Assembly (NCBI GenBank): GCA_036386415.1
Contig: DASVVT010000088.1
Coordinates: 1 to 64,000, forward strand
Source of the DNA: Pyrinomonadaceae bacterium
Lineage (GTDB): Bacteria > Acidobacteriota > Blastocatellia > Pyrinomonadales > Pyrinomonadaceae
Reading direction: 5' to 3'
DNA length: 64,000 nt
A program made the position numbers and the translations under genes. Positions 1 to 8,020 of the stretch are shown here, one piece after another (positions within the stretch are counted from its first letter, which is position 1; each line of letters opens with the position of its first letter). Under the pieces are notes generated by a model. It searched no databases, was not told the origin of the DNA, and saw nothing but the letters and a program-made list of their open reading frames with translations.

Positions 1-3000
1 GGACAGGAATGTCTGAGGAAGCGCCCCAGACGAAGGTCAGGTCGCCGCCCGTATTCTTACTGATGTACCAGGTGCCGTTGCGATAGACGGCGAAGTCTGT
101 CTTGCCGTCGCCGTCATAATCGGCGGGCACGATCCGGTCGCTGAGGGTGTTGCTGCCCCAGAAATAAGTCCTCGGCGTGGAGGGGGCGGAGCTTTGAAGG
201 ATATTCCAGAGACCGTCGCTGCCGCGCCATGTGGAGATATCACTTTTGTTATCGCCGTCGAAATCATAGGGCGCGCGATAGGCAGTCACGACGACAGGCG
301 TACATTGCGGGTTGGCTATCGTGAGCGAATCAACACGCACACCGGACTGGCCTGATGCCGCCTGAGTAGCGTCGGTTGCGGCACGGAACTTCAGCTTGAT
401 GTTCTGCCCGCTCGCTGCCGCCGGTAAGTTCACCTTCGTGGTGATGTAGGTGGGCGCTGCTGTGGTTCCGCCGGAGAGGCCGCTCCACGCCTGTCGCCCT
501 GCAATCGGACTGCTGAAGGCGGTGTCGATTGTTCTGGTATACCCGCCCTGAGCGAAACTGCCGCCCGCCGCGAGAATATCCTGGTACGCGCCGCCGCCGA
601 TGCTGATCTCCAAAACCATCCCGTCCCAACCCAGTGTAGCAGTGCTGGAACTGGCCTCCATGTTGAAGAGGTTACGGAAGATCACCTGCGTTCCGACTGT
701 CGTGATGGGGATGTTCGGCGTGACCAGCTCTGTGTTGCCGACGGTGGTCGGGTCAGGCGCGAAGGTTGTGTTGGGCGCAGTGTCAACGTTCGTGGTTGTG
801 CTTACCCAAGGCGATTGACTGCCGGTAGCAGCGGTCGTCCAGCCTGCGGGCAGCGCGGGCGCGACCACGCCGTCGAAGTTTTCCAACGCGACAGGAGTGC
901 CGAGAGCGCCCGTCGGAAGATTGAAGCTCTGGGTTGTCGGCCCAAAACTGCTGTTGATGTTGACAGGTATTGACAAAATAGTACCGCAGGCAGTGGCCGC
1001 CGGGACAATGTAGTTGATCGTCTTGATAACGGTCGCGCCCGCATTGATGTCGCCATAGCTGACCGTGTTACCGGCAATCGTTGCCGTCGCCCCGAGGGCG
1101 GTGTTTGAGAGCGGGTTGTTTAAGGGCACTGACAGAGCGATGGTTTCGCCCGGATCAGCCGCGCCGTTGTTGTTGCCCGTCGTCGCATCGGAGAACGTCA
1201 CTGTGCCGAGCACCAGGTTCGGGATCAGGAACGACTCCGTGACGGTGGACGCGCCCGACGTGGTCGCGCCAAAGCCGAGGCCGCGCGTGGCGAACCCGGC
1301 CCAGATGTCGTTGACATCCGCGCCGCCGAAGCCAGCGTTGTCGGCGGCGATTATTGAGTCGCGCGCCTGTATCAGGGTCGGGCTGGATACGTCCAGTTTC
1401 ATGGCGTCGGTGGTGATTTGCAGCATACGCGCATTGCCTGCTGCAAAACCCAGACGATTGATGATGCGCGCACGCACCTCCAGCAACATCATGCACCAGA
1501 TTTCGCCGATGTTGTGGGATTCGTTAGCCCCGTTGCCAGAGAAGTTAAGCGGGCTCTCAGAATAAGCGCCGTCCGTCGTGTTGATCTTCGCCGTATCAAT
1601 GTCGGCGTAAGTCAGCGGGTTGTGCGGCTTGCCGTTCGGGCCAAGCGTCGTCTTGAGGGCATAGGGGAAGCGGCGAATGCCGTAGTAATAGTTAGCGTTC
1701 CCCAATGTGCTGAGCTGATTCGTCGAGTATGCGCCCGAAGCATACAGCCCGTTGATGTCTTCACTCGCCGAGGAGAGAATCGCTCGGGCGTAGAAATCCG
1801 ACCAGCCTTCACCCATGCCGCCCGATTGTGTAGTGGTCAAGCCGCTCCCGTTGTTGTGTAGACGGTTGGATGTACCGTGTGTCATTTCGTGGACGGAGAT
1901 TTCCGCGTCGAGGTCGCCATCGCGATCCGGGTTCGGGCCGGTAAAGATGTACATCTGCATGCGCGGGAGCGAGCCATCCCCCGGCGTCGAAAAGTTGGCG
2001 TTATTCGTGCCGGAAGAGTCCTGCGATTCCGCTCTCACGAAGTCGCTGCCGAGGCCGCCGCGACCGTAGTTGTTGGTCTGGAAGTTTCTCGCCGCTTCCG
2101 TGAACCCGTACTGATAAAGTATGTCGTGATACCGGTTAGTCCAGAAGAAGAGGTTTGTGACGACGCCGTTGCGATAGGCCGCGAGCGACGGGGCGTCTCC
2201 AGGGGCGGGGATGCCGGGGGCCGGGTTATAGACGAAGGAGAGCACGCGGCCCGTACCGGTGGCGCGACCCGCGGCATCAATGCCGTTCGTCCCATCTATA
2301 TCAAGACCGGCATCGGCGTTGTTCCCTGTGGTCACGACGTTGCCCGCCCCATCAGCAATCCACGGATCGTTGCTGTAGGTCTGCCCTGTTGGCATTTCGT
2401 TGATGACGCTGATATTGACGCGCGCGATGGCCGCACCCTGAAATCCGTTCACCGTGTCGGGCAAGGTCGCGCCTGACGGCGTGGACGGCGCCGGGTTGTC
2501 ATCGTTATAGACATTGTAGGTGACGCTCTGCGTCTGATCCTGCGTGATGCACTTGCGCCACAGCAGTTGGCCGGTCTGGGCATCAATGATCGTCCAGTAG
2601 GCGACATCCGGTTGCCATAGCACTGCGGACCAGGAGAGCGCGGCTGCGCCCGCGCCGACGGGGAAATACATCAGCTCGGCCCTTGTGTCTTCGTCAAACG
2701 CGCCGCGCTCTACACGGACACTCCTGCCGTCAGCAGCCGCTTCGACGCGCAGGTCGCTGGCTTCGACATCCATGCCGATGGTTCTCGCGGCGGATGCCAC
2801 GGCGTCCGCAGCGCTGATCGAGGGCGCGGTCGCAAGCGCGCTGTAGTTGAGTCCGGGCGCTAGATTGTTGACCGTGCGAACGAGTTCATTGCGCCCTGTG
2901 AAAGAGGCCATCACCTCAGCCTGAAAGACTGGGATGCCGTTGATCTCCTGCTTGAGTCCGACAAAGGACATGTTTCCGGCAGGATTCGTATAGTCTGCAA

Positions 3001-3484
3001 AGGTCTTGAGTCCACTGATCTGCGCGGAGGTCAGCCCGTAGAGGGATTTGTTGGTTGAGAGAAATCCGCGCACGATTGATTCGCGCGCTACGCTCGAAGC
3101 CGGAGCAGTGAGAAACGTCTTGCTTCCCTTCGTTCCGACCAGTTCGGGGGTATTGAAAGCGTTTGTATAGTCGAGCGCCAAAGTTGGGACGCGAGTGCTC
3201 AGGCTGGCTTCCCCCATCTTGACACCGGCGCGCAGGCCGGACAGGTTCGACCTCTCCTGCTGCCGCCGGTAGAGGTCTGCTACAACGGAACCCTCTTTTT
3301 GCTGGCGTATGTCGTAGAAGGGCAATCTCGTCTGGTAAACGATGCCGGTGCTGCCTTTGAGCGCCGGGCTGGCTGCCCGCGAGCGTGGTTGCGGGGTCAT
3401 CAGGGCAACCAGACCCACGAGCAGCAGGACAACAGACAAAGCTGTCAGCCGCCTCTTATTTCGATTCCAAAAGCGCTGCTTCAT
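1..3484 (-). CDS. Secreted M36 (fungalysin-family) zinc metalloprotease with FTP propeptide domain and C-terminal FG-GAP/VCBS repeats; 3' end runs off the window
   Basis: ATG at 3482-3484 on the minus strand opens a frame with no stop down to position 1. It is absent from the ORF track only because no stop lies in the window. N-terminal signal peptide MKQRFWNRNKRRLTALSVVLLLVGLVALM. HEMTHGTSNRL plus EGWSDF matches the M36 HExxH-containing active-site signature. Distal part carries DFDGDNKSDISTWRG and DYDGDGKTDFAVYRNGTWYI FG-GAP-type repeats. Confidence 0.8.
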   Translation of the reverse strand, partial: MKQRFWNRNKRRLTALSVVLLLVGLVALMTPQPRSRAASPALKGSTGIVYQTRLPFYDIRQQKEGSVVADLYRRQQERSNLSGLRAGVKMGEASLSTRVPTLALDYTNAFNTPELVGTKGSKTFLTAPASSVARESIVRGFLSTNKSLYGLTSAQISGLKTFADYTNPAGNMSFVGLKQEINGIPVFQAEVMASFTGRNELVRTVNNLAPGLNYSALATAPSISAADAVASAARTIGMDVEASDLRVEAAADGRSVRVERGAFDEDTRAELMYFPVGAGAAALSWSAVLWQPDVAYWTIIDAQTGQLLWRKCITQDQTQSVTYNVYNDDNPAPSTPSGATLPDTVNGFQGAAIARVNISVINEMPTGQTYSNDPWIADGAGNVVTTGNNADAGLDIDGTNGIDAAGRATGTGRVLSFVYNPAPGIPAPGDAPSLAAYRNGVVTNLFFWTNRYHDILYQYGFTEAARNFQTNNYGRGGLGSDFVRAESQDSSGTNNANFSTPGDGSLPRMQMYIFTGPNPDRDGDLDAEISVHEMTHGTSNRLHNNGSGLTTTQSGGMGEGWSDFYARAILSSASEDINGLYASGAYSTNQLSTLGNANYYYGIRRFPYALKTTLGPNGKPHNPLTYADIDTAKINTTDGAYSESPLNFSGNGANESHNIGEIWCMMLLEVRARIINRLGFAAGNARMLQITTDAMKLDVSSPTLIQARDSIIAADNAGFGGADVNDIWAGFATRGLGFGATTSGASTVTESFLIPNLVLGTVTFSDATTGNNNGAADPGETIALSVPLNNPLSNTALGATATIAGNTVSYGDINAGATVIKTINYIVPAATACGTILSIPVNINSSFGPTTQSFNLPTGALGTPVALENFDGVVAPALPAGWTTAATGSQSPWVSTTTNVDTAPNTTFAPDPTTVGNTELVTPNIPITTVGTQVIFRNLFNMEASSSTATLGWDGMVLEISIGGGAYQDILAAGGSFAQGGYTRTIDTAFSSPIAGRQAWSGLSGGTTAAPTYITTKVNLPAAASGQNIKLKFRAATDATQAASGQSGVRVDSLTIANPQCTPVVVTAYRAPYDFDGDNKSDISTWRGSDGLWNILQSSAPSTPRTYFWGSNTLSDRIVPADYDGDGKTDFAVYRNGTWYISKNTGGDLTFVWGASSDIPV

Positions 3485-4302
3485 TACTCAAGCCCTCCTA
3501 AAAGCCTCAAGTTGGGGAACACAGTCCGGGTTTCACAATGCGCGCCTTCACCGCTGAAGTTCCCGGTAGAAGGCGATCTACGCTTAATAGTGACCCGTGC
3601 GATTACAAGCGAGGGGTGCTACGGCTCTCGCCGGGTAAAGAGAGAAACCTGAACGCCAGGGCTGCCCAAGCGTTTCTTCACGCGGATAACAGAAGCTGAT
3701 GCTGAGGAGTTTTCCGAAGCTGCCGACAGTGATGGACGGATGCTGACCCGTGGGGTCGTGCACAAGACGGATGGCGCCATCAGGGGGGTAGCTAGGCGTT
3801 TCAGGTGGCATATCAACTACTTCGAGCAAAGAACATCTGCTTAAATAGCCAGGGGGGTTTCTAGTGATCGAAGTGATTATGAACGATTCCGCGATTCGTC
3901 ATAAGCTACGAGAAGTAACTGGAGTAGAAGCCCTCTTTTGCCGCTTGCCCGAAGAGGGACGTCGCGTCGATTGACAGTTGCTATCTCAGGAACTGTACGG
4001 GAATGGTTGTGAACAGCGGCTAAGCTGTCATACCGGAGTTAAAAACAGCTTCCAGAACTTTATCGCCCCAAGGCTCTGAATCCTGTTTCTAAGACAGAGG
4101 GCACAGGCCAGAAGGCGAAAGCGCGTGCACAGTACACTCAAACATGTCTGCACGTCAAGCTAGTTCCTCCCTCTCGTGGACTAGCATACAGAGCAGAAGC
4201 GCCGGAAGAAGCCTTGGATGTGCGCCCTTCCGGTCGGCCTTCATCCAGGCTCACCTGCGGGCTGACCCTAAACCAGCAGTAATGTCCGGAGTTTCATCTC
4301 AG

Positions 4303-4407
4303 CTCTCTGTGCCCCCTCCGTGTTCTCTGTGTCTCGGTGGTGAATCAACTCCTAAAGTCATTCACCACCGCAGACACCGCAGGGCGCAGAGGATGCACTG
4401 AGCACTG
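4303..4407. repeat. ~105-nt structured hairpin repeat, copy 1, partly degenerate (second copy at 62533-62640)
   Basis: ~80% identical to 62533-62640. Shared inner inverted repeat TCACCACCGCAGACACCGCAG and outer arms CTCTGTGCC / GGAGGATGCAC. Confidence 0.7.
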
Positions 4408-4472
4408 ACTTAGGACGCTACCAAAACGGAGGCTCACTATCGGATCATCCGTAGCGATGTTAAAATAGACCT

Positions 4473-5573
4473 GTGATGGAAAAAGCTGTACATCTGACGG
4501 GGCTCTCACAGGCGGAATTAGGCTCGCTGGTGGCCGAACTCGGCGAGCCGGATTATCGCGCGCGCCAAATCTTCGGGGCGCTGCAAAAGCGGCGGCTGCG
4601 CTCGTTCGACGAGATGACAGACCTGCCGAAAGATTTTCGCGCGCGTTTAAGCTCACACGCCACCTGCGCGACGCTCACCATCGAGTCGCGTTATCTGTCG
4701 GAAGACGGCACGCGGCGCTACCTTATGAAGACGCACGACAATCTTCCGGTGGAGACCGTCTTCATTCCTGAAGAGCGCCGCGATACGATCTGCTTCTCTT
4801 CACAGTCGGGCTGTCCGCTGCAATGCGATTTCTGTCTGACGGCGAAGCTTGGCCTTCTGCGCACTCTGACGGCGGGCGAGATCGTCGAACAGATCATCAT
4901 CGCGCTCAACGATGCTTACGGCACGGGGCAAAAGACGCCGCGCGGAACGAATCTGGTCGGGATGGGGGCGGGCGAGCCGTTTCTGGCCTTCGAGCCTCTG
5001 ATGAAGGCACTGCGGATAATGGCCGACACCGCAGGGCTTCATATCGTGCCCAATCGCGTGACGGTCTCGACCGCCGGAGTCGTCCCGCGCATACTTGAGC
5101 TGGCGAGCGTCGCAGCCCGCCCACACCTCGCCATCTCTCTGGCCGCGCCGACCGATGAGCTGCGCGATAAGCTGATGCCGATCAACAAGCGTTGGCCGCT
5201 GGGTGAGCTGTTGGCGGCATGTAAAGAGTTCGAGAGATCGCTGAAGCCGGGCGAACGTTTCACCTTTGAGTACGTCATGCTGGACGGCGTCAACGACTCG
5301 GATGAACATGCGCGGCAGCTTGCGAACCTGCTCAACCGTCACGGCCTCCGGCGCGTGAAGGTCAACCTGATTCCGCACAATCCAGCCGACCCGCTTCCCT
5401 ATCGTCCCTCAACGCCGGAAAGGGTCTTGAGCTTCAAGTCGATCCTTGAATCCAAGGGCGTTCAAGCCTTCGTGCGCCGTCCACGCGGGCGCGACATCTA
5501 CGCCGCCTGCGGCCAACTGGCAGCGCGCCGCACAGCCAACACGAGCCAGCCGACGCTTCATCCCTTAGCTTGA
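4473..5573 (+). CDS. rlmN: 23S rRNA (adenine2503-C2)/tRNA methyltransferase RlmN, radical SAM
   Basis: CPLQCDFCLT radical-SAM CxxxCxxC motif. RlmN/Cfr-like N-terminal region (RQIFGAL...) and conserved C-terminal Cys (AACGQL). Confidence 0.9.
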   Translation: MMEKAVHLTGLSQAELGSLVAELGEPDYRARQIFGALQKRRLRSFDEMTDLPKDFRARLSSHATCATLTIESRYLSEDGTRRYLMKTHDNLPVETVFIPEERRDTICFSSQSGCPLQCDFCLTAKLGLLRTLTAGEIVEQIIIALNDAYGTGQKTPRGTNLVGMGAGEPFLAFEPLMKALRIMADTAGLHIVPNRVTVSTAGVVPRILELASVAARPHLAISLAAPTDELRDKLMPINKRWPLGELLAACKEFERSLKPGERFTFEYVMLDGVNDSDEHARQLANLLNRHGLRRVKVNLIPHNPADPLPYRPSTPERVLSFKSILESKGVQAFVRRPRGRDIYAACGQLAARRTANTSQPTLHPLA

Positions 5574-5760
5574 AGCATCAGGAGAGCGCTCCTGTGAATA
5601 CAAGGAATCGACAGCTTTTGTCTTCAACTGCGGCGAACTTCTACGCCGAGAAGCGCATCTCTAAGAATCTCCTCACGCGATTAACTTTGGATTTTCCGCA
5701 GCCGACATGTAAAATCGCGTGAATTTTCAATCTTCAAAACCAGGTACGGACTTATCCTAA

Positions 5761-6333
5761 ATGAGACGAAAACTTTTCACCCGACGCCTTAGCCTGTTGA
5801 TCATCGCCGCTCTGCTCATCGTCCCCGCAAATTTCACGGCCAGTCCAACGCTACCTCCACTGCAACCGAACATCGGAATAAACGGCTTCTTCGCGGCGGA
5901 CAAGGCGCAGCGCGGGCGCACGGTTCAAGCGGCGGTGGTGATGGATATTCCAGAAGGCTTTCACGTCAACTCCAATAAGCCGCTCGGCAAATATGCCATC
6001 GCCACGGTTCTTAAGATCGAAGCGCCGGGCGGCATCAAAGTCGGGCCGGTCATCTATCCGCGCTCGATGTTGCGCAGCTTCAGTTTTTCGCAGGAGAGAT
6101 TGGCGGTTTACGAAGGACGCGCCGTGATGCGCTTCAACGTCACCATCCCGGCAGGCTTTGAGCCGGGCGTGATCGAGCTGCGCGCCAGCGTCAGATACCA
6201 GAGCTGCTCAAATGATGTCTGCTTTCAACCCGCTACACGCAACGTCACCATGCCGATAGCCGTCGTCGGCGCTAATGAATCTGTGAAGCGCATCAACGGT
6301 CAGTTCTTCGGAGGAGGAAGACGGAGGAGGTAG
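5761..6333 (+). CDS. Secreted protein resembling the N-terminal (alpha) domain of thiol:disulfide interchange protein DsbD
   Basis: Signal peptide present. Ig-like region with a YQSCSNDVCFQP Cys pair typical of DsbD-N/DsbC-type PF11412 domains. The stop codon TAG (6331-6333) is the first triplet of repeat element A. Confidence 0.45.
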   Translation: MRRKLFTRRLSLLIIAALLIVPANFTASPTLPPLQPNIGINGFFAADKAQRGRTVQAAVVMDIPEGFHVNSNKPLGKYAIATVLKIEAPGGIKVGPVIYPRSMLRSFSFSQERLAVYEGRAVMRFNVTIPAGFEPGVIELRASVRYQSCSNDVCFQPATRNVTMPIAVVGANESVKRINGQFFGGGRRRR

Positions 6334-6478
6334 ACAGTAGACAGTAGTCAGTAGTCAGTAGTCAGTAGATAAACCGAGTGCCTGTTACGCTCTCAATTAT
6401 GATTCATAATGAGCCGTATCAACCGAGTCAACCGATTTTCTGTTCTACTGGCTACTGACTACTGTCTACTGTCTACTG
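6331..6478. repeat. AGTAGTC-heptamer hairpin element, copy A (loop module in reverse orientation)
   Basis: Left arm TAGACAGTAGACAGTAGTCAGTAGTCAGTAGTCAGTAG (6331-6368) pairs with right arm CTACTGGCTACTGACTACTGTCTACTGTCTACTG (6445-6478). The 76-nt loop contains, on the minus strand, AGAAAATCGGTTGACTCGGTTGATACGGCTCAT. Confidence 0.9.
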
Positions 6479-7390
6479 CTTTCCAATCACTGCAAGCAAT
6501 CGACCCGTGCGACCGTAGACGCTCTTTTCGCGACGGTAGGAGAAGAAGAGGTCTGTCCGGCACATCGTGCAGAGCGGTGCGATATGGATGGCCTCTGCCG
6601 GAACGCCCCCTGCAATCAACTGATTGCGGTTCGCTCTTTGAAGATCAATGCGCGCGTGCCCGCCCTGTGTCGGCGTGAACAACTCGTCTGCGTCGTTGAA
6701 GCGCTCGTGGAAAGCTTGGACGACTTCGCCGCCGACTTCATAGCAGCACGCGCCCGCCGCCGGGCCGATAGCGGCGCACACATCCTGCGCGCTTGTGCCA
6801 TACTTCTCGCTCATACGTTCGAGCGTGCGTGTGATGATGGAAGAGAGCGTGCCGCGCCACCCGGCATGGACGGCTGCCACCGCGCCCTTCTTCATGTCGC
6901 CCAGTAGCACAGGTACGCAATCGGCTGTTTTGATGCCGAGCAGAATGTTCGGCCTATCGGTCGTCAGAGCATCGCAATGCTCCGTGTCGTTGCGTGCGTC
7001 GTCGCGGTCTTGAACGACGCGCACGTCTGCGCTGTGCACCTGCCAGCAGGCCGTGAGCATCCAGTCGCCTTCCAGGAGCTTGAGAAAGCGACGACGGTTC
7101 TCGTATATATTCTCGGCAGCGTCCTCGTTAAAGCCTGCGAGGTTGAGCGCATCCTGCGGCATGGGGCTACAGCCGCCCAGTCGCGTCGAAAAAGCGTTGG
7201 TAAAACCATGACGCTCAAGCGGCTCGCACACCAGCGCGCGCACGCTTGATTGCTCGCGCCAGAAGAATCCGGCGCGCTTTAACTCTGCATCATCCGTGAT
7301 CATTTCAATCGGTATAGACATGATCGAAGTCCGTCGCGTACGCGAAGTCATCTCGCGCACGCCGCGTTTCGTCGAGCGCGTTTTCACCAT
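6473..7390 (-). CDS. pgeF: Peptidoglycan editing factor PgeF / YfiH (DUF152 laccase-domain purine nucleoside phosphorylase)
   Basis: HAGWRG and CxxC...H motifs of the YfiH family. The true start is probably an internal Met near 7320 (MSIPIEM), because the listed start overlaps acpS. The stop codon lies in the right arm of repeat A. Confidence 0.8.
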   Translation of the reverse strand: MVKTRSTKRGVREMTSRTRRTSIMSIPIEMITDDAELKRAGFFWREQSSVRALVCEPLERHGFTNAFSTRLGGCSPMPQDALNLAGFNEDAAENIYENRRRFLKLLEGDWMLTACWQVHSADVRVVQDRDDARNDTEHCDALTTDRPNILLGIKTADCVPVLLGDMKKGAVAAVHAGWRGTLSSIITRTLERMSEKYGTSAQDVCAAIGPAAGACCYEVGGEVVQAFHERFNDADELFTPTQGGHARIDLQRANRNQLIAGGVPAEAIHIAPLCTMCRTDLFFSYRREKSVYGRTGRLLAVIGKQ

Positions 7391-7691
7391 CAGCGAGCGC
7401 GCCTACTGCGACGGGCGTGGAGTCGTCGCCGCAGAGCACTACGCCGCGCGCTTTGCCGCCAAAGAAGCGACCCTCAAAGCCTTCCAGACGGGCTGGACGG
7501 GCGGCATCGCCTGGCAGGACATCGAAGTCGGACAGCGCGACACGGGCGCACCCTTTCTACAGTTTCACGGTCGCGTCCTTGAGCTCTACAAACAATCAGG
7601 CGCGAGCGCCGCTCATCTCTCCATCTCACACACGACCGAACACGCCATCGCCCAGGTGATCCTCGAACGCTCCTTTAAAACTACGGCATAA
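7296..7691 (+). CDS. acpS: Holo-[acyl-carrier-protein] synthase (4'-phosphopantetheinyl transferase)
   Basis: N-terminal IISIGIDMIEVRRV and FAAKEATLKA motifs; ~125 aa. Confidence 0.9.
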   Translation: MIISIGIDMIEVRRVREVISRTPRFVERVFTISERAYCDGRGVVAAEHYAARFAAKEATLKAFQTGWTGGIAWQDIEVGQRDTGAPFLQFHGRVLELYKQSGASAAHLSISHTTEHAIAQVILERSFKTTA

Positions 7692-7793
7692 TTTAACCAC
7701 AAAGACACGAAGGCACGAAGGCAGGCACAGGGTAATAGTGTTGAATAGCAAGGTAGCTCTACCCTTTGATCTACTATTCACCACGCACTATTT

Positions 7794-7965
7794 AACGTGA
7801 GTTCGACGTCAGCGGCTGTGCGGAAAGGCAGAGCCTTTCCGTTAACGGCTGACTTTATTTGGAGCGAGGCGCAGCCTCGCCAGTGATGGTGAGTAGCAGC
7901 GGACGGAAAGCCGTAGGCTTTCCGCACAGCCGAGGCGGCAGAGCCGCTGATGTCGAACTCACGTT
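7794..7965. repeat. MITE-like element with AACGTGAGTTCGAC terminal inverted repeats and nested internal hairpins
   Basis: Termini AACGTGAGTTCGACGTCAGCGGC ... GCCGCTGATGTCGAACTCACGTT. Interior has CGGAAAGGCAGAGCCTTTCCG and GGAAAGCCGTAGGCTTTCC sub-hairpins. The same TIR recurs at 46803-46851. Confidence 0.75.
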
Positions 7966-8020
7966 GTTTACTTTTCTTCGTGCCTTTCCGGTCTGTGTGG
8001 TGGGTTTCGGCTTCTGTTCT

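Noticed and set aside
4800-5378. 192-aa minus-strand ORF inside rlmN
   Set aside because: rlmN on the plus strand is unambiguous. The ORF is an antisense artefact.
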